Assembly (NCBI GenBank): GCA_038087875.1
Contig: CM075991.1
Span: 10,356,001-10,420,000, forward strand
Direction: 5' to 3'
DNA length: 64,000 bases
Source: Malacoraja senta
Taxonomy: Eukaryota
The notes below the pieces were generated by a model. That model was not told the origin of the DNA. It searched no databases and saw only the letters and a list, made by a program, of their open reading frames with translations. This document shows positions 1 through 12,909 of this stretch, one piece after another (position 1 is the first letter of the stretch; each line of letters begins with the position of its first letter). Made by a program: the position numbers and the translations under genes.

Positions 1-90
1 CAGGCTGGTAGGACGAGTGTAGATGGGGCATCTTGGTCAGCCTGGGCAAGTTGAGGCGAAGGGCCTGTTTCCACATTGTATCACTCTATA
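1..90 (+). mobile_element. CR1 LINE 3' UTR end
   Basis: gtgtagatggggcatcttggtcagc...gaagggcctgtttcca...ctctat tail, shared with other CR1 copies in the window. Confidence 0.7.
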
Positions 91-1791
91 ATGGTGCAAT
101 GGTTCTTTATTGTCACAGTGAAATTATTTTTGCATAGCGCACACATGCACAAGTCCACATATTTAGGTGCAATTTACAAAAAGTCCAAAGTCCGGTCTAC
201 GTGCTTGATGTATGAGAGCGGTTCTCAATCCAGGTAAGTCCCGGCCCATTGCAGGTCCTGCTCCGCTCGGCCTGCGAATCGACGTCCCTCTCCTCGCCTG
301 GCTGCTGTTGTGGGGGCACCTCCTGCAGCTGACCCTGAGGTCGCTGGCCCCTCTCCTACCGACCAACTCCTTTGGTCCGTCGTGCCAGCGTCTCTCTCCT
401 CGACTCTCGGGGCTTCGAGGCTGAGCTCAGTGGCCTCCCAGCTTGCCCTCTTGCAGGTAGCTGCCCACCGGGTCAATCTTCCGCAGCAGCCCGCCGGATC
501 CTTCTTCGCGACTCCTCACGGGAGCGTTCTACCACTGCGGAAGCGCGTCCTGGGAGCCTTCTCTAAGTGTTATGTGTAGAAAGAATTTCTTAAGAATGAC
601 ATTGGGGAGCAGGGAAGGGGTGGGAGGACGGGGCCAAGAATAAAACCTTCAAAGATTCTGAGACACTCGGATCTGTGATCACTGGAGGGGCAGTGAGGGA
701 GAGAGGCCAAAATCCTCACTGCCAGGGAGATTCACCAAAACAAAGTCAGTGCTAGGTCAGAGCACTGCAGGTTACAGCAAGACCATGGGTGGGATATGGA
801 TAGAAGATTTTGAAGCCTCTGAGCAATTGAGGAAAGAAAATTAGGTTTGAGGAAAGAAAATAAGCAAGGAACAGTATGATACAACACCAAATACAGGATG
901 CATTCAGTCCAGAGAATTATGCAAAAGTTAAAATCTGACGTGAATGGAGCTTAAAACTGCTTCTGAAAAACTGATTGACAAAGGCATAGGAGAGAGGGAG
1001 ATATGCAGTTGAGTGACACTGCAAAGTAAAAAGCATTTTTGATAATAGATTGGACGTAATATTGATCTGCAAGCTCAAGGTCAGGCAGGAAATTGAGTCT
1101 GTACATCTGAAAATAGGTAACATGAAGCTTTGGTTCAGAAAAATCATTGCCACAACCTCAAAACAATGACAGCTGTAGTGCTATTAAATTGATAGACCTG
1201 ATCATACTGGCTGCAACCAACAAAAATCAGATTTTTTAAATCTTGATTTTTTTTTTGAACTCAACTTAAATCTGCTGCAGCATCAGATTTAAATTGTCAA
1301 TCCCCATGTTTACCAATTTTCCTAATGTCATTTTATACAAAATCTAAAACCTCACAGTTCACCAAAGCGTCAGCTGCGCTTCATTAGCAGCACTGCTGCA
1401 GGTTTAAGACTGTGCATGATAAGTTTCTGATCTCAATCAGGTTGCCACATCAGTTTACAATAGATGACCACGTCATTCTCAATCTTTCCACTTCCGTACT
1501 CATTTCAGGACAACATACTCATCTTTCTGCTTTGTATTTTATCTAGTTTCTCATCTCTCAATTCTGTACACAACTACTTAATATGTCATCGAGCTCCGCG
1601 ATCTACCCGAGTGAACCAAAACAGCCCGATTCAAACTTTAGATTAGTTTTAGGTTATTGTCATATGTACGGAGGTACAGTGAGAAGCTTTTGCTGCGTGC
1701 GATCCAGTCAGCAGATAAAACAATACATGATTACAATCGAGCCATTTACAGTGTATGGATACATAAGGGAATTATGTTTAGTGCAAAGTAA

Positions 1792-1974
1792 AGGGCCCGT
1801 CCCACTTTCACGAGGTGATTCACGAATTCTCCCGAGTTTTCCCCTGATTCAAACTCGCAGAATGTTCGTAACGAGACCGTAGGAGTTCGTAGATATATCG
1901 TAGCGGCTTGTTATGCTAGCCGTAGGTACTCGTGGCATCGGGACGTTTTTTCCAGTGAAAGTGGGACAGGCCCT
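1792..1974. mobile_element. Non-autonomous DNA transposon (MITE) with AGGGCC(T/C)GTCCCACT TIRs, PIF/Harbinger-like, inserted in a Rex1-type 3' tail (approx. 1640-2010, minus)
   Basis: agggcccgtcccacttt ... aaagtgggacaggccct terminal inverted repeats flanked by taa/tta. Confidence 0.75.
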
Positions 1975-2473
1975 TTAAGCCAGCAAAGTCCAATCAAGGA
2001 TCGTCCAAGGTGAACTTGGTGAAGTAACCTGCGTTGCTATTACATGGCACTTCCAATCCTATTCTGTTATTTTTATAAATGGCTTCCTTCTTTCTTCTGT
2101 AAGTACCAACATTTGTTGCCCTTCTGTTTCTCATAGACCAGGAGCTTATCGGCAACATTTTGACATATGTAGGATTGGGTGACCCATTTCTACCAATTGT
2201 ATCAGTTCTTCAACAATTCTCTCAATTCCTCGATTGTCGAATCTAGTCATGAATGGATCTTAACATCCTTCAATGGAGAAAAAAGTCTTGATCAAAGGAC
2301 TTTTTATTCCTTTAAGCATCAATTTTAATCTCAATTTTAAAAAGGGATAAAAAGGTTACAACTTTCAGCATCGAAAAAGGTTATCAAAGTAGGAGCACTA
2401 TTTTGTGTTCTATGATCCTGTGAAACAAGGGCATCTCCATTATAAACTATAATTAATCTCACAGGTTCTCAAG

Positions 2474-2676
2474 AGTAGACACAAAATGCTGGGGTAGCTC
2501 AGTGGGACAGGCAGCGTCTCTGGAGAGGAGGAATGGGTGACGTTTCGGGTCGAGAAGAAGGGTCTCGACCTGAAACGTCACCCATTCCTTCTCGCCAGAG
2601 ATGCTGCCTGTCACGCTGAGTTACTCCAGCATTGTGTCTACCTTCGATTTAAACCAGCATCTGCAGTTCTTTCCTT
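2474..2676. mobile_element. Penelope-derived fold-back (inverted tail) element
   Basis: gtagacacaaaatgctgg...gacgtttcgggtcgaga / tctcgacctgaaacgtc...ccagcattgtgtctac inverted arms. Confidence 0.75.
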
Positions 2677-3324
2677 CAGAGATTCCCAACCTTGGCTTGC
2701 TGCTTCAATCCTGAGTAGATTGGATCAAATGTCCTCTCTTGAAGCTTTTCAGCATCATTCACCTCCATCTCACAACAGCCCCAGTGCCGCTGGTACTGCA
2801 CGTCTTCACAATCTGACTCCAATATTCTTCAGGTCTGTATCCTCCAGCTAAAAACAGATCCAATTCATCCAACACCTGAATATCCAATATCACAAAATGT
2901 CACCCACCTTTTTTCTCTAGAGATGATGCCCGACCCGCTGAGTTACTCCAGCACTTTGTGTCTACCTGCTGCACATTTGCTATTCCTCATCTTTCCCATA
3001 AAGCATCCTCAATTTCTGCACAATTATTCTCCTTTTGCCATGTTAGAAATTTCAAACCTTCATTGTGATTCATGGTAATTCGAATTTCACTGTGCCTAAT
3101 GGTACATGTGACAATAAACGGACCTTGAAACCTAAATATCACGATGTTCTGGCTCCATCACCTCTTGTAAGACTACAATCTAACTGAACACTCCAGTTCT
3201 CTTCCATCAATCACATGCAACACACCTTGCTGTCAATTACTAGGGTCTTCAACTGTCTGGCTGCCACTATCTCCCTCCCCAAACCTCTGTCTTTCACCAC
3301 ATCCTTCAAAATTCTCTTCAATCA

Positions 3325-3895
3325 GCATAGGTTCAAGGTGAAGGGGAAAAGATTTAACAGAAATCTTAAGGGTACATTTTTCACACAAAGGGTGGTGGGT
3401 GTATGGAACAAGCTGCCTGAGGAGGTAGTTGAGGCTGGGACTATCCCAACATTTAAGAAAGTTAGACAGGTACATGGATAGGACAGGTTTGAAGGGGTCT
3501 GGACCAAACGCGGGCAGGTGGGGCTTGTGTAGCTGGGATATGTTGGCTGGTGTGGGCAAGTTGGGCCGAAGGGCCTGTTTCCATATTGTATCAATAGACA
3601 ATAGACAATAGGTGCAGGAGTAGGCCATTTGGCCCTTCGAGCCAGCACCGCCATTCAATGTGATCATGGCTGATCATCCCCAATCAGTACCCCGTTCCTG
3701 CCTTCTCCCCATATCCCCCGACTCTGCTATTTTTAAGAGCCCTATCTAGCTCTCTCTTAAAAGCATCCAGAGAACCTGCCTCCACCGCCCTCTGAGGCAG
3801 AGAATTCCACAGACTCACCACTCTCTGTGAGAAAAAGTGTTTCCTCGTCTCCGGTCTAAATGGCTTACTCCTTATTCTTAAAATTCTATGACTCT
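3325..3895. mobile_element. CR1 LINE 3' fragments: + copy (approx. 3325-3592) interrupted by a younger - copy (approx. 3596-3882)
   Basis: Translates FFTQRVVGVWNKLPEEVVEAGT, the CR1 ORF2 C-terminus. The second copy is the reverse complement of the CR1 3' end. Confidence 0.85.
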
Positions 3896-4609
3896 AGTAC
3901 TTGGCCATTTTTTTCGCTGCTCACACATCTTTCCTTTTCTTGTTTGAGGTCCATTTCATAATTGCTTTTTATAGATTAGTGACATCTTTGAAATATCAAA
4001 AACATAATAAGAATGAAAGTTCTTGTAATTTATTTCCATTGAAGGAAAACAACGGCTTGTGGAATTAAACTATTCAGATGAAGGAAAAGTATGTAATTGG
4101 TCACATGTTTGATTATTCAACTCAAATAAAGATAAAAAAGGCAAGGTGTTGATGAAAAAGCTGATCATTTCATTGCTGGAACATAATTTGCAGAACTGTA
4201 GGTGGATTGAGATAGACAGAAATGATGGGCCACATATTAATCAAAATACAGAAGCCTTATCACTGTCACCACAGACATGTCAAAGGAAATTTAGTCATTT
4301 AACTTTCGATCTGTGATATTTATTGGAGCTACTGAGCAGGGTTATCATAGTATGATTATTATTTTGTGATCTGTGCCCCAGTGAAACATGGGCATCTCCA
4401 TTATATATCCATAATAAATATCACACATTGAATTACAAGCTTGATGACATGATAGAGGCTCACATTGCAACCAGCCAACAACAACACTGCAAGAGTTTAG
4501 AAAATGCATTTACAGCCCAGTAATTGGACTGTGTTACATGTGTGAAATTTTATTACTATGCCAATTACTTGATCGCAGAAGTGTAATTTTTTCCCATATG
4601 AAGACATCG

Positions 4610-4907
4610 CAGCACTGACCGTGGTAGAGCTGCTGCCTTAAAGCGGCAGGGACCTAGGTTTCATCCCGACTATGGGTGCTGTCTGTACGGAGTTTGCACG
4701 TTCTCCCTGTGACTGTTTTGAGTTTTCTCCGGGTGCTCTGGTTTCCTCCCACACTCCAAAGAGATGCAGGTTTGTAGGTTAATTGGCTTCTGTAAAATTG
4801 CCCCTAGTGTGTCGGATAGAACTAGTGTTGGGGTGATCGCTGGTCAGCATGGATACTGTGGGCCGAAGGGCCTGATTCCACGTTGTATCTCTAAACTAAA
4901 ACTAAAC
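4610..4907 (+). mobile_element. HE1-type tRNA-derived V-SINE
   Basis: tRNA-like head, V-domain (ggagtttgcacgttctccc...ttctccgggtgctctggtttcctcccac), CR1-like tail ending (ctaaa)n. Confidence 0.85.
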
Positions 4908-5774
4908 AATCAAGGAAGCATAAATCCATGCCCCATGTGATCTAAAATCCAAAGTGTGAGTGATGCTTTTTGCTCTGGTGACAGGAAAGCCCGAGACTTC
5001 TAAAATGGGCCAAAAGTCCCATGAATCTGCACAAAGTGGCTGTCAGAAACAAAAATCTAGTTGGAGAAACTGAACAGGATATGAAAGAAAGTCGAAGGCA
5101 TAATATATGCTCCACAAGGTTATCATTAACTGAGCTGCAACATCTGCAGACAAGTTCCAGCAGACAAAACCCCTTGGGAAACAAAATGGAAAGTTCTATT
5201 TCTGTTGCAGTTTTTCTATCATTGGCAGATTGTTTTTTTTAAACTTCTCGGAAAATTACGCTGTGAAAAAAAAAATTTATAAAACTTGATTTCTAACATT
5301 CAATTACAGATTGAGGCAAGGTTTGATGTACTTCAGTAATTACAATTACATTGCTGTGATACATTTTGGAATTTGGTCTTTAAGTACAAGGAACCCCTCC
5401 CAAGTTTGTTACAGAAACATAATGTGTTACAATACTGAAGTAATAACAACATTGCATAAATCGGGAGAAAAACATCCGTCGAGTTGACTACATGCCTTTT
5501 GTCTATTTTTGTCTATTCCGTAGGAGCCCAAACAGAATTATAATTTTTTTTACTCTTGGGAGAGAAAGAAATGTGTAAGACTTAAACAGCCACATGGCCT
5601 TTAATTCCAATTAACACGTTGGCTTTTACCCAGTGTATATTATTCATAATTATCAAATCAGAAACCTGCAGTCACAAAAAAGTCAGCCAGTCAGAGTGTG
5701 TGGAAAGTGAAACCATTGAATGATTGAAGGTTCAGCAACATTTCCTCAGAGCTGCGGTATGAGGGGGGTGATTT

Positions 5775-6165
5775 ACTTCAGTTTAGTTAATTGTCACATC
5801 CACCAAGGTACAGTGAAAAGCTGCTTTCTTGCAGTCAGCTAAAGATTCGACATGATCGCAATAAAGCCGTCCACACTGTACAGATATGGGATAAAGGGGA
5901 TAACTTTAGTGGCAAGATATATTCCGATTAAAGATAGTCTGAGGGTCTTCAATCAGATAGATGGTAGGTCAGGACTGTTCTCTGGTTGGTGATAGGATGG
6001 TTCTGTTGTATGATAACAGCTGGGAAGAAACTGTCCCTGAATCTGGAGGTGTGCCTTTCAACACTTCTTGACCTCTTGCCCGATGGGAGAGGAGAGAAAG
6101 GGAGTGACCGGGGTGAAACTCGTTCTTGATTATGTTGCTGGCCTTGCCGAGGCAGCGTGAAATGT
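5775..6165 (-). mobile_element. Rex1/Babar LINE 3' end
   Basis: Reverse complement of cacgctgcctcggcaaggccagcaacataatcaag...ctcccatcgggcaagagg...acctccagattcagggacagtttcttcccagctg; the + copy is at approx. 47955-48335. Confidence 0.7.
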
Positions 6166-6974
6166 GAATGGAAGCGAAGGGTTTACAATTACCAAAGCAC
6201 AGCTAGGGGAAGCAGCGAGGTGTGAGATTTCAATCTCCATTTTTCCATCTCCGTCCTCCAATTTTCCAATTTCAGGTCAGTCATTCCCATGGTTCTTCTC
6301 CCACAGATACCTGTCCATCTTGCCCCACCTGGTTCCATTTCCCCATCATCCCCTCCCCTTTCCCAATCTCCCTCGTACTGATGTCTACTGGCAATCGTTC
6401 CTCTCCATCTCAGTTCTGACGCAGAGTTTTAATCCAAAATGTCATCCTGTACCTCGTGCCTCGACTACCTGACCCGCTGGGTTCTTCCAGCGTCCTGTTT
6501 CTTCTTCCTTAAGGGCCTGTCCCACCTACGCGATTTTTTCAACGACTTGCCGGCACCTGTCATAGTCGCAGCAAGTTGCCGAAAATTTTCAACATGTTGA
6601 AAATCCAGTGGCGACCAGGAAAAGGTGTGACTCTTTGGGCGAATACTCACGACCATACAGGCGTCACAAGAGAAATAAAATTGCAGCAAGGTAGAAGCTG
6701 TGAACTACCAACGTCATTTTCTTATTTAATTTAATTTCCATGAGACATTTGCATTGGCACCAAAGCCTGGCAACTCTTGCATGCCGTCTCAGTGAACTAT
6801 TTCTACACACATTGTACTTATCGAGGATAGTGCTTTGGTATGGCAATACTTTAGTGAACTGTATGCAATAAAATAATTTCACCGTACCTAAACAACAAAA
6901 GCCCCAAATTCAATCCTGAGGTGATGGACTTAGTTCTGACACAATCCAGAAGGCTACGTCATCACAAGAAACTA

Positions 6975-7218
6975 CAGATGCTGGAATCTTGCTTAGAACG
7001 CAAAGTGCTGGAGTAACTCAGGGGATCAGACGGCTTCTCTGCAGAACATGGAGAGGCGACGTTTCAGATGGGGATCAAATAAGACGTTTCCTGAGCCGAA
7101 GCATTGCCTATCTATGTTGAATCAGTCTGAAGAAGGGTCTTGGCCAGAAACATTGCCTCTCCATGTTCTTCAGAGATGCTACCAGAGCCGCTGAGTTACT
7201 CCAGCACTTTGTGTTCTA
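6975..7218. mobile_element. Penelope-derived fold-back element with hammerhead-like core
   Basis: aaagtgctggagtaactca ... tgagttactccagcacttt arms; ctgaagaagggtcttggccagaaac at approx. 7127-7151. Confidence 0.7.
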
Positions 7219-8728
7219 AACCAAAGGGCTACAACAGGGTCGTGCAGAGTCTCCAGTATGATCTCTACAGGATGAGAACACAATTACATGCGATGACTTC
7301 CATCAGTTAATAAGTAGCTGTCGTTCAGTTTCTGGGCTCACGTGCGGCCAAAGGAAGACATATCAACAGATTATTCCCAGGCAATCAGAATCGTCAAAAG
7401 ATTACGCGGATGAGGTAAATTAGCTCAAGAAAATCTCAACTATAAATAACATGCTTGTATTGTGGCTTCACACATGTTTATACTGCTGGAAATGATCAGA
7501 AAAAGCACCATGCCTTCGCTGTCAGCCATGCCCAGCCCTGATCCAATGACTTGGGCTTTTGCAGACAATCAGAAGTGACTCACCTGCTGATTTTCACTTC
7601 CTCCCTGCAGAGAGATGTTTAGCCTCTGCTCCCTACATGTCAAATTAGCAAATGCCATGTGATAAAGTGTGCCCAAAACCACCCTCCTACCTATAACACA
7701 ACAACAGACAGGGGCAACAATGTGCAAAGGCACTTCCCTTGCAGCTCTAAGATAGCAACAATCCATCACTCTGAGAAATGAAGCATTTCCCCTTTTGGAC
7801 AGCATCTGAAGTTTATATTCTTCAATAAGACTCGGAGGGAAACCAGAGTTTCTTTCCCAAATTACTGACATGGCCACAAAAAGGTGGACTCGAGTGTTAT
7901 CTCATCCGCAACACAACATTTTGTTTCTTTTCTTGCATGTTCTTCACTAATATAGATGCAAATCACACGGTTCCTATTTGTTCAGCAGCGTAAATATAAA
8001 TGGAAGAACCCATCAGTATTAATCACCCACATCTCTCAGCATTTCACACTGTGCCTGGATTGTCAATATCATAATTATAGGAAGAAAAATAAATAAAAAC
8101 AAGCTCCATTTCACATTTGAGCTAAAAGTATTGCAACAAGCAGACCTTGTCTTATACTTCGTCCAATATTCAACTCATAATCCCAAGAGCCTTTCATTTT
8201 GAACCTATTTTTTAACAATAGTGATGTGATATTAATGGTTCTCTGGTCTAATATGAATAATATTTTGTGAAACAAAAAAAAATCAAACAATCTTGAGCCA
8301 GAAACATTTTATTAAACATGGCGCCAAACTGCAAATGATCAAAGATCATATCAGCATTAAAAGGAAGTATCACAATCTGCGTATCGTTAAGACATATTAG
8401 AATAGAGAAAGATATACAGTGTCACATCTGCTTCACCCTGGCACAATCTGGCCCTTCTGCTGGTTCTTGCCTCCATCCAGTTGCTCAAGCACAAGACAAG
8501 ACCATTCTTATTTGGAGCATCATTCCCAGTGCAAATAGGCCACATTGTAACCTCAACATGCAGTAGGTGACAACTCGCGTGAGAATCAGTGAAGGAAATT
8601 TGTACTGTGCTTTGAAAAGTAAATTATCCATCAATTGGCAAATGCCTCTTTGAACATTTGTATTCATAGGATCAGTCGCTAAATCTTTTAGGGCAAAGGC
8701 TCTCCATGACTTCAACCCAAGGGGAGGA

Positions 8729-9018
8729 GGGGCACAGTGGCACAGTGTGTAGAGTGCCTTACAGCACCAGAGAACAGTGACCATGGGTGCTGTCTATACG
8801 TAGTTTGTATGTTCTCCCCGTGACCTGCATGGGTTTTCTCTGGGTGCTCCTGTTTCTCCCGTTTTCCAAATACGTACAGGTTTGTAGGTTAATTGGCTTC
8901 AGTAAAATTGTAAATTGTCCCTAGTGAGCGTAGGATAGTGTTAGTGTGCGGGGATCGCTGGTTGGTGTGGACTCGGTGGGTCGAAGAGCCCTTTTCCGCG
9001 CTATATCTCTAAACTAAA
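8729..9018 (+). mobile_element. HE1-type V-SINE
   Basis: Same head, V-domain and tail as the other copies. Confidence 0.85.
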
Positions 9019-9854
9019 CGAATGTTGATAAACAATGATTTACGGATATGTTCGAGGTCATTCCACCCACTGAGTCTATACAGTATTTACGGAAAGCCAG
9101 CTGGTCCTTATCTCAAACCACTCATTCCTGAAAATTCATCACTTTCAGATATAGTGAACTCTCTTGAACTTTCCTCTACTATTACCCCTAGCAGTCCAAT
9201 CATTGTGTGAAATTCTATCAGTTCAGTCCATCTCCTTCATGATATCAAATATATCCATGAGACCCTATTCCTAGGAGACCAACAGCTTCTCCTGCCTATC
9301 CATGCAACTTAAGCCCATTATCCCTAGAATCATTTTAGAAAATCTCTTCTGCATCCTCTCTGTAACCGTTACATCTTTCCTAAAGTGCACCACTGAAAAC
9401 TGGACACAATACTGAGTGTCCAGTGGCCAAACTGATGGTTAGTAAAGGATTGTTACAACTTCCTTGCTCGTTGCTATGTGCCCCAGGATTTGCTTGTTAG
9501 AAAATATACTTTCACACACGTTCAGTGATTTCTCAGCAAATAAGATCTCATGCCAAATCAGATAATCCTGTTCAAATTTCAACTGTTGTTATCGTGCTCC
9601 TTCCATGACTATCAATGCAGCCACGTGCTAGCCAACTTGTAATTACAGAGCAAAATAACTACAAATGATGGATATATCCAAAATTAAAGCTGACAACACT
9701 GGAAGTATTCAGATCAGGCAGCAGCTCCCTAATTTGTCAAGTATCTCCAGCATTTTCAACTTTTACTTAGAATACATAAGTTGATACACGCTGGAGCTAA
9801 AGTGTAACTAGACTTTCCATGTCAATCCACATTCACCAGACCAAAAGGATCTTC

Positions 9855-10045
9855 AAAGGTGGACAAAATTGCTGGAGAAACTCAGCGGGTGCAGCAGCAT
9901 CTATGGAGTGAAGGCAACGTTTCGGGCCGAAACCCTCCTTCAGACGTTGCCTATTTCCTTCGCTCCATAGATGCTGCTGCACCCGCTGAGTTTCTCCAGC
10001 ACTTTTGTCTACCTTCGATTTTCCAGCATCTGCAGTTCCTTCTTG
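9855..10045. mobile_element. Penelope-derived fold-back element with target duplication
   Basis: Inverted arms; aaaaggatcttc repeated on both flanks (approx. 9843 and 10047). Confidence 0.8.
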
Positions 10046-12011
10046 AAAAAGGATCTTCTAGGTGCTTAATGGGCTAATCGGCAGCTAATAATGGTAAAAA
10101 TGTAACAACTGTCTAAGCTCCCAGTTCAAGAGCAGTCCTGACCCCCATCCATTGGAGACCTTTGGACCATCTTCATTCGGACGTTAGCTTGCACTAATCG
10201 TTATACCTTTTATCCTGTATATGTATGTACACTGAGGATTGTATCGTTTATAGTCTTTTCGCTGACTGGATAGCACGCAACCAAAAGCTTTCCGCTGTAC
10301 CTCGGTACGTGGCAATAATAAACTAAACGAAAGATTCCACAGAGGAAAAGTAACTGACAACTCAATCTTTCTAGATAGCCAGCAACCACATCCGCTATTT
10401 GGAACTGATTAATTGGGCAGATAAGCCTGTAAAGTAATAACATTTAGATTGAGTATCATCATCATTCATTGATTAGTGTGAAAGTTCAGATATTGCATCG
10501 CCATTCTCTAGTTTTCAAACTGCTGATCAACATGCAATAATAATAATAATAACAATAATAATAAAACATTACTTTCCTTTATTTCTAGATGCATCTTCAA
10601 ATAAAGCATCATGAATCGCTATCATTGGAAAATCATACCTGTTAATCAGTTCAGCGAGCATTGCAATTGCGGTTACACTCAGTGCTTCCAAAATTCATTT
10701 CAAGAGATTCTTTGAATTTCAAATATTTAACAAGTTAAAATCATACAGCCATCAGCAACTAACTAGAATTGTACTTGAGCTTGGTGGGTTACCTTTATCA
10801 TCTTCCATTGCCCAATCATGTCAAAAAGGCAATGAGTTTCAAGAAGATGCAAATCACTCCATTCAGGCCAAAAAAGGGGAAGTATTTACTGTTATCATAG
10901 AATCAGATTATTGTTATATTTCAAATGTAAACACATAATTAGAATATTCCAGCACTAAATTCTCACCGATTGTTCAGTTTAGGAATTAGAATTTGTTGTC
11001 ATGACAACAAATGACAACACAATAAAGATGGAACATACAGTCTGCCTAAAGCTCTGGAAATATTGTATTGCCCGTCTTGATGTACACAGATATACATGTG
11101 GGTACGTGCAAGCGCGTGCTCTTAGTCACACACACACGCATGCAGAAACACGCACACCCACACGATACAATGCTTTCAATGGAACTTTTGCACAATGGTT
11201 GTACAAAGTTTCAGGAGAGTGAAAGAATCTTGTTACTTTCTTCTGAATTTGAATGACATCATATGATTATTGATCTGCTGCTGGTCATGGCAACAGTTTT
11301 GTTGCATTCGCTCATACGATTCTTTTTTTCTGTTAGGTTTAGATATTTCCGTTCAAATTATCACGCACGGCCACTGTACAACAGCAGCGCAGATTAAAAA
11401 CATGCAAAATAAAATGAGTTTACAAACCTTCAAATTACATAACATATTCAAAACTACAATACATTTACAGCAAGCATAATGTCACCTCCTTCTCAAAATA
11501 AATAGAAATTAAGGTTTTATGATGTGATGTTAACCCAAGACATTGCCTGCACTGTACAATAGGTGGTATTTATCTGCTACCTGACTGGTTTACTTCAAAA
11601 CAATTTCCAGTAATCACAATGCAATCAATCCAATTTTATGGCCATAGTTCACCAAAAACGACATGACACATTTCTCTGCCGTGAAGAAAAAACACAAGTA
11701 GATGCTGCAAATTATTATAATAATCTCAATCTGTGCATCAGACTCTTCCATTCAGTACACAGCAAGATGCTAGAACTGGAATTAATACGGATATTCTGCT
11801 GGAGTTGCAAGTTTGTCAAAGATTGTTCGGGAAACTCAACTTGTAGCAAAAGGTCCATGCAAAAATAACAGTTCCCTGTTCTATTGGCAATATTACATGA
11901 TTATTACATTTTAATTATGTAATAATTAATTTGCTGCTGTCAAATACAAAGCATTCAGTATTTCTTCACTAGTTATAGAATATTCACTTGCTGTGAAATT
12001 TGGACATCTAA

Positions 12012-12318
12012 TGGTGTCGCTGCTGCCTCACAGCACCAGTTCAACACAGGTTCAATCCTGACCCCGGGTGCTGTCTGTGTGGAGTTTACATCTTCTCCCT
12101 GTGACAGCGTGGGTTTTCTGTGGGGGTTCCAGCTTCCTGCCATATTCCAAATATGTGCGGGTTTGCAGGTTAATTAGCTTCTGTAAAACTGCCCCTAGTG
12201 TGTCGAGAGTGGATAAGAAAGTGGGATAACACAGAGCTGGTGTGAACGGGTGACCGATGGTCGGTGTGACTTGTTGGGCTGAAGGTCTTCTTTCCATGCT
12301 GTATCTCTAAACTAAACT
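12012..12318 (+). mobile_element. HE1-type V-SINE
   Basis: B-box ggttcaatcc, V-domain, (ctaaa)n tail. Confidence 0.8.
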
Positions 12319-12390
12319 ATCTGGATTTGAACAGTTGAGTTTTTACTTGTCAAATTAACCAATATTTGTTGGTGCACAAGCTTCAGAGTA

Positions 12391-12591
12391 CAGATGCTCC
12401 CCGATTTACGATGCTTCGACTTTTGATATTTTGACTTTACGATGGTGCAAACACTGGGCAACGGTAGCGAGCCGCACGTCACGTCCAGTCACATGAACGC
12501 ATTGTATTAAAATGTATTTTCAACTTGTGATATTTTCGATTTACGATGGGTTTATCGGAAGGTAACCCCATCGTAGGTCGAGGAGCAGCTG
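12391..12591. mobile_element. Tigger/pogo-family MITE (MER47/Tigger5-like)
   Basis: TA|cagatgctccccgatttacgatg ... catcgtaggtcgaggagcagctg|TA; ~23-bp TIRs, TA duplication, 201 bp. Confidence 0.85.
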
Positions 12592-12909
12592 TATAGATAA
12601 TACTACGTTTTGGCATGTTGGCACTAGACACAATACATAATTAGAGCCACTCTGTTGGAGGAAATGTGGGCCTTGTGGAATATACATTTGATGCAGTGCT
12701 TTTTAATCACAGTAACCTGATGCCGTAAATGATTTGCCACTGCTTTCTGCATCCGAAAAAACAAAACTGCAGATATATCATCTTCCATCAGCTGCAAATT
12801 GCTATATTTATTTCAGTCTAGCGAACTGCCACATCATTTGCCAAGAGCCCCTTGGGGGACATTGCCAAATTGGCACAGGGGAGGGCATATATATCATTAT
12901 TTTCATGAG

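Noticed and set aside
163..579. GC-rich overlapping ORFs, possible CpG island or exon
   Set aside because: No recognisable protein, and it adjoins a retroelement-type tail (tttattgtcac at about 107); more likely a TE interior.
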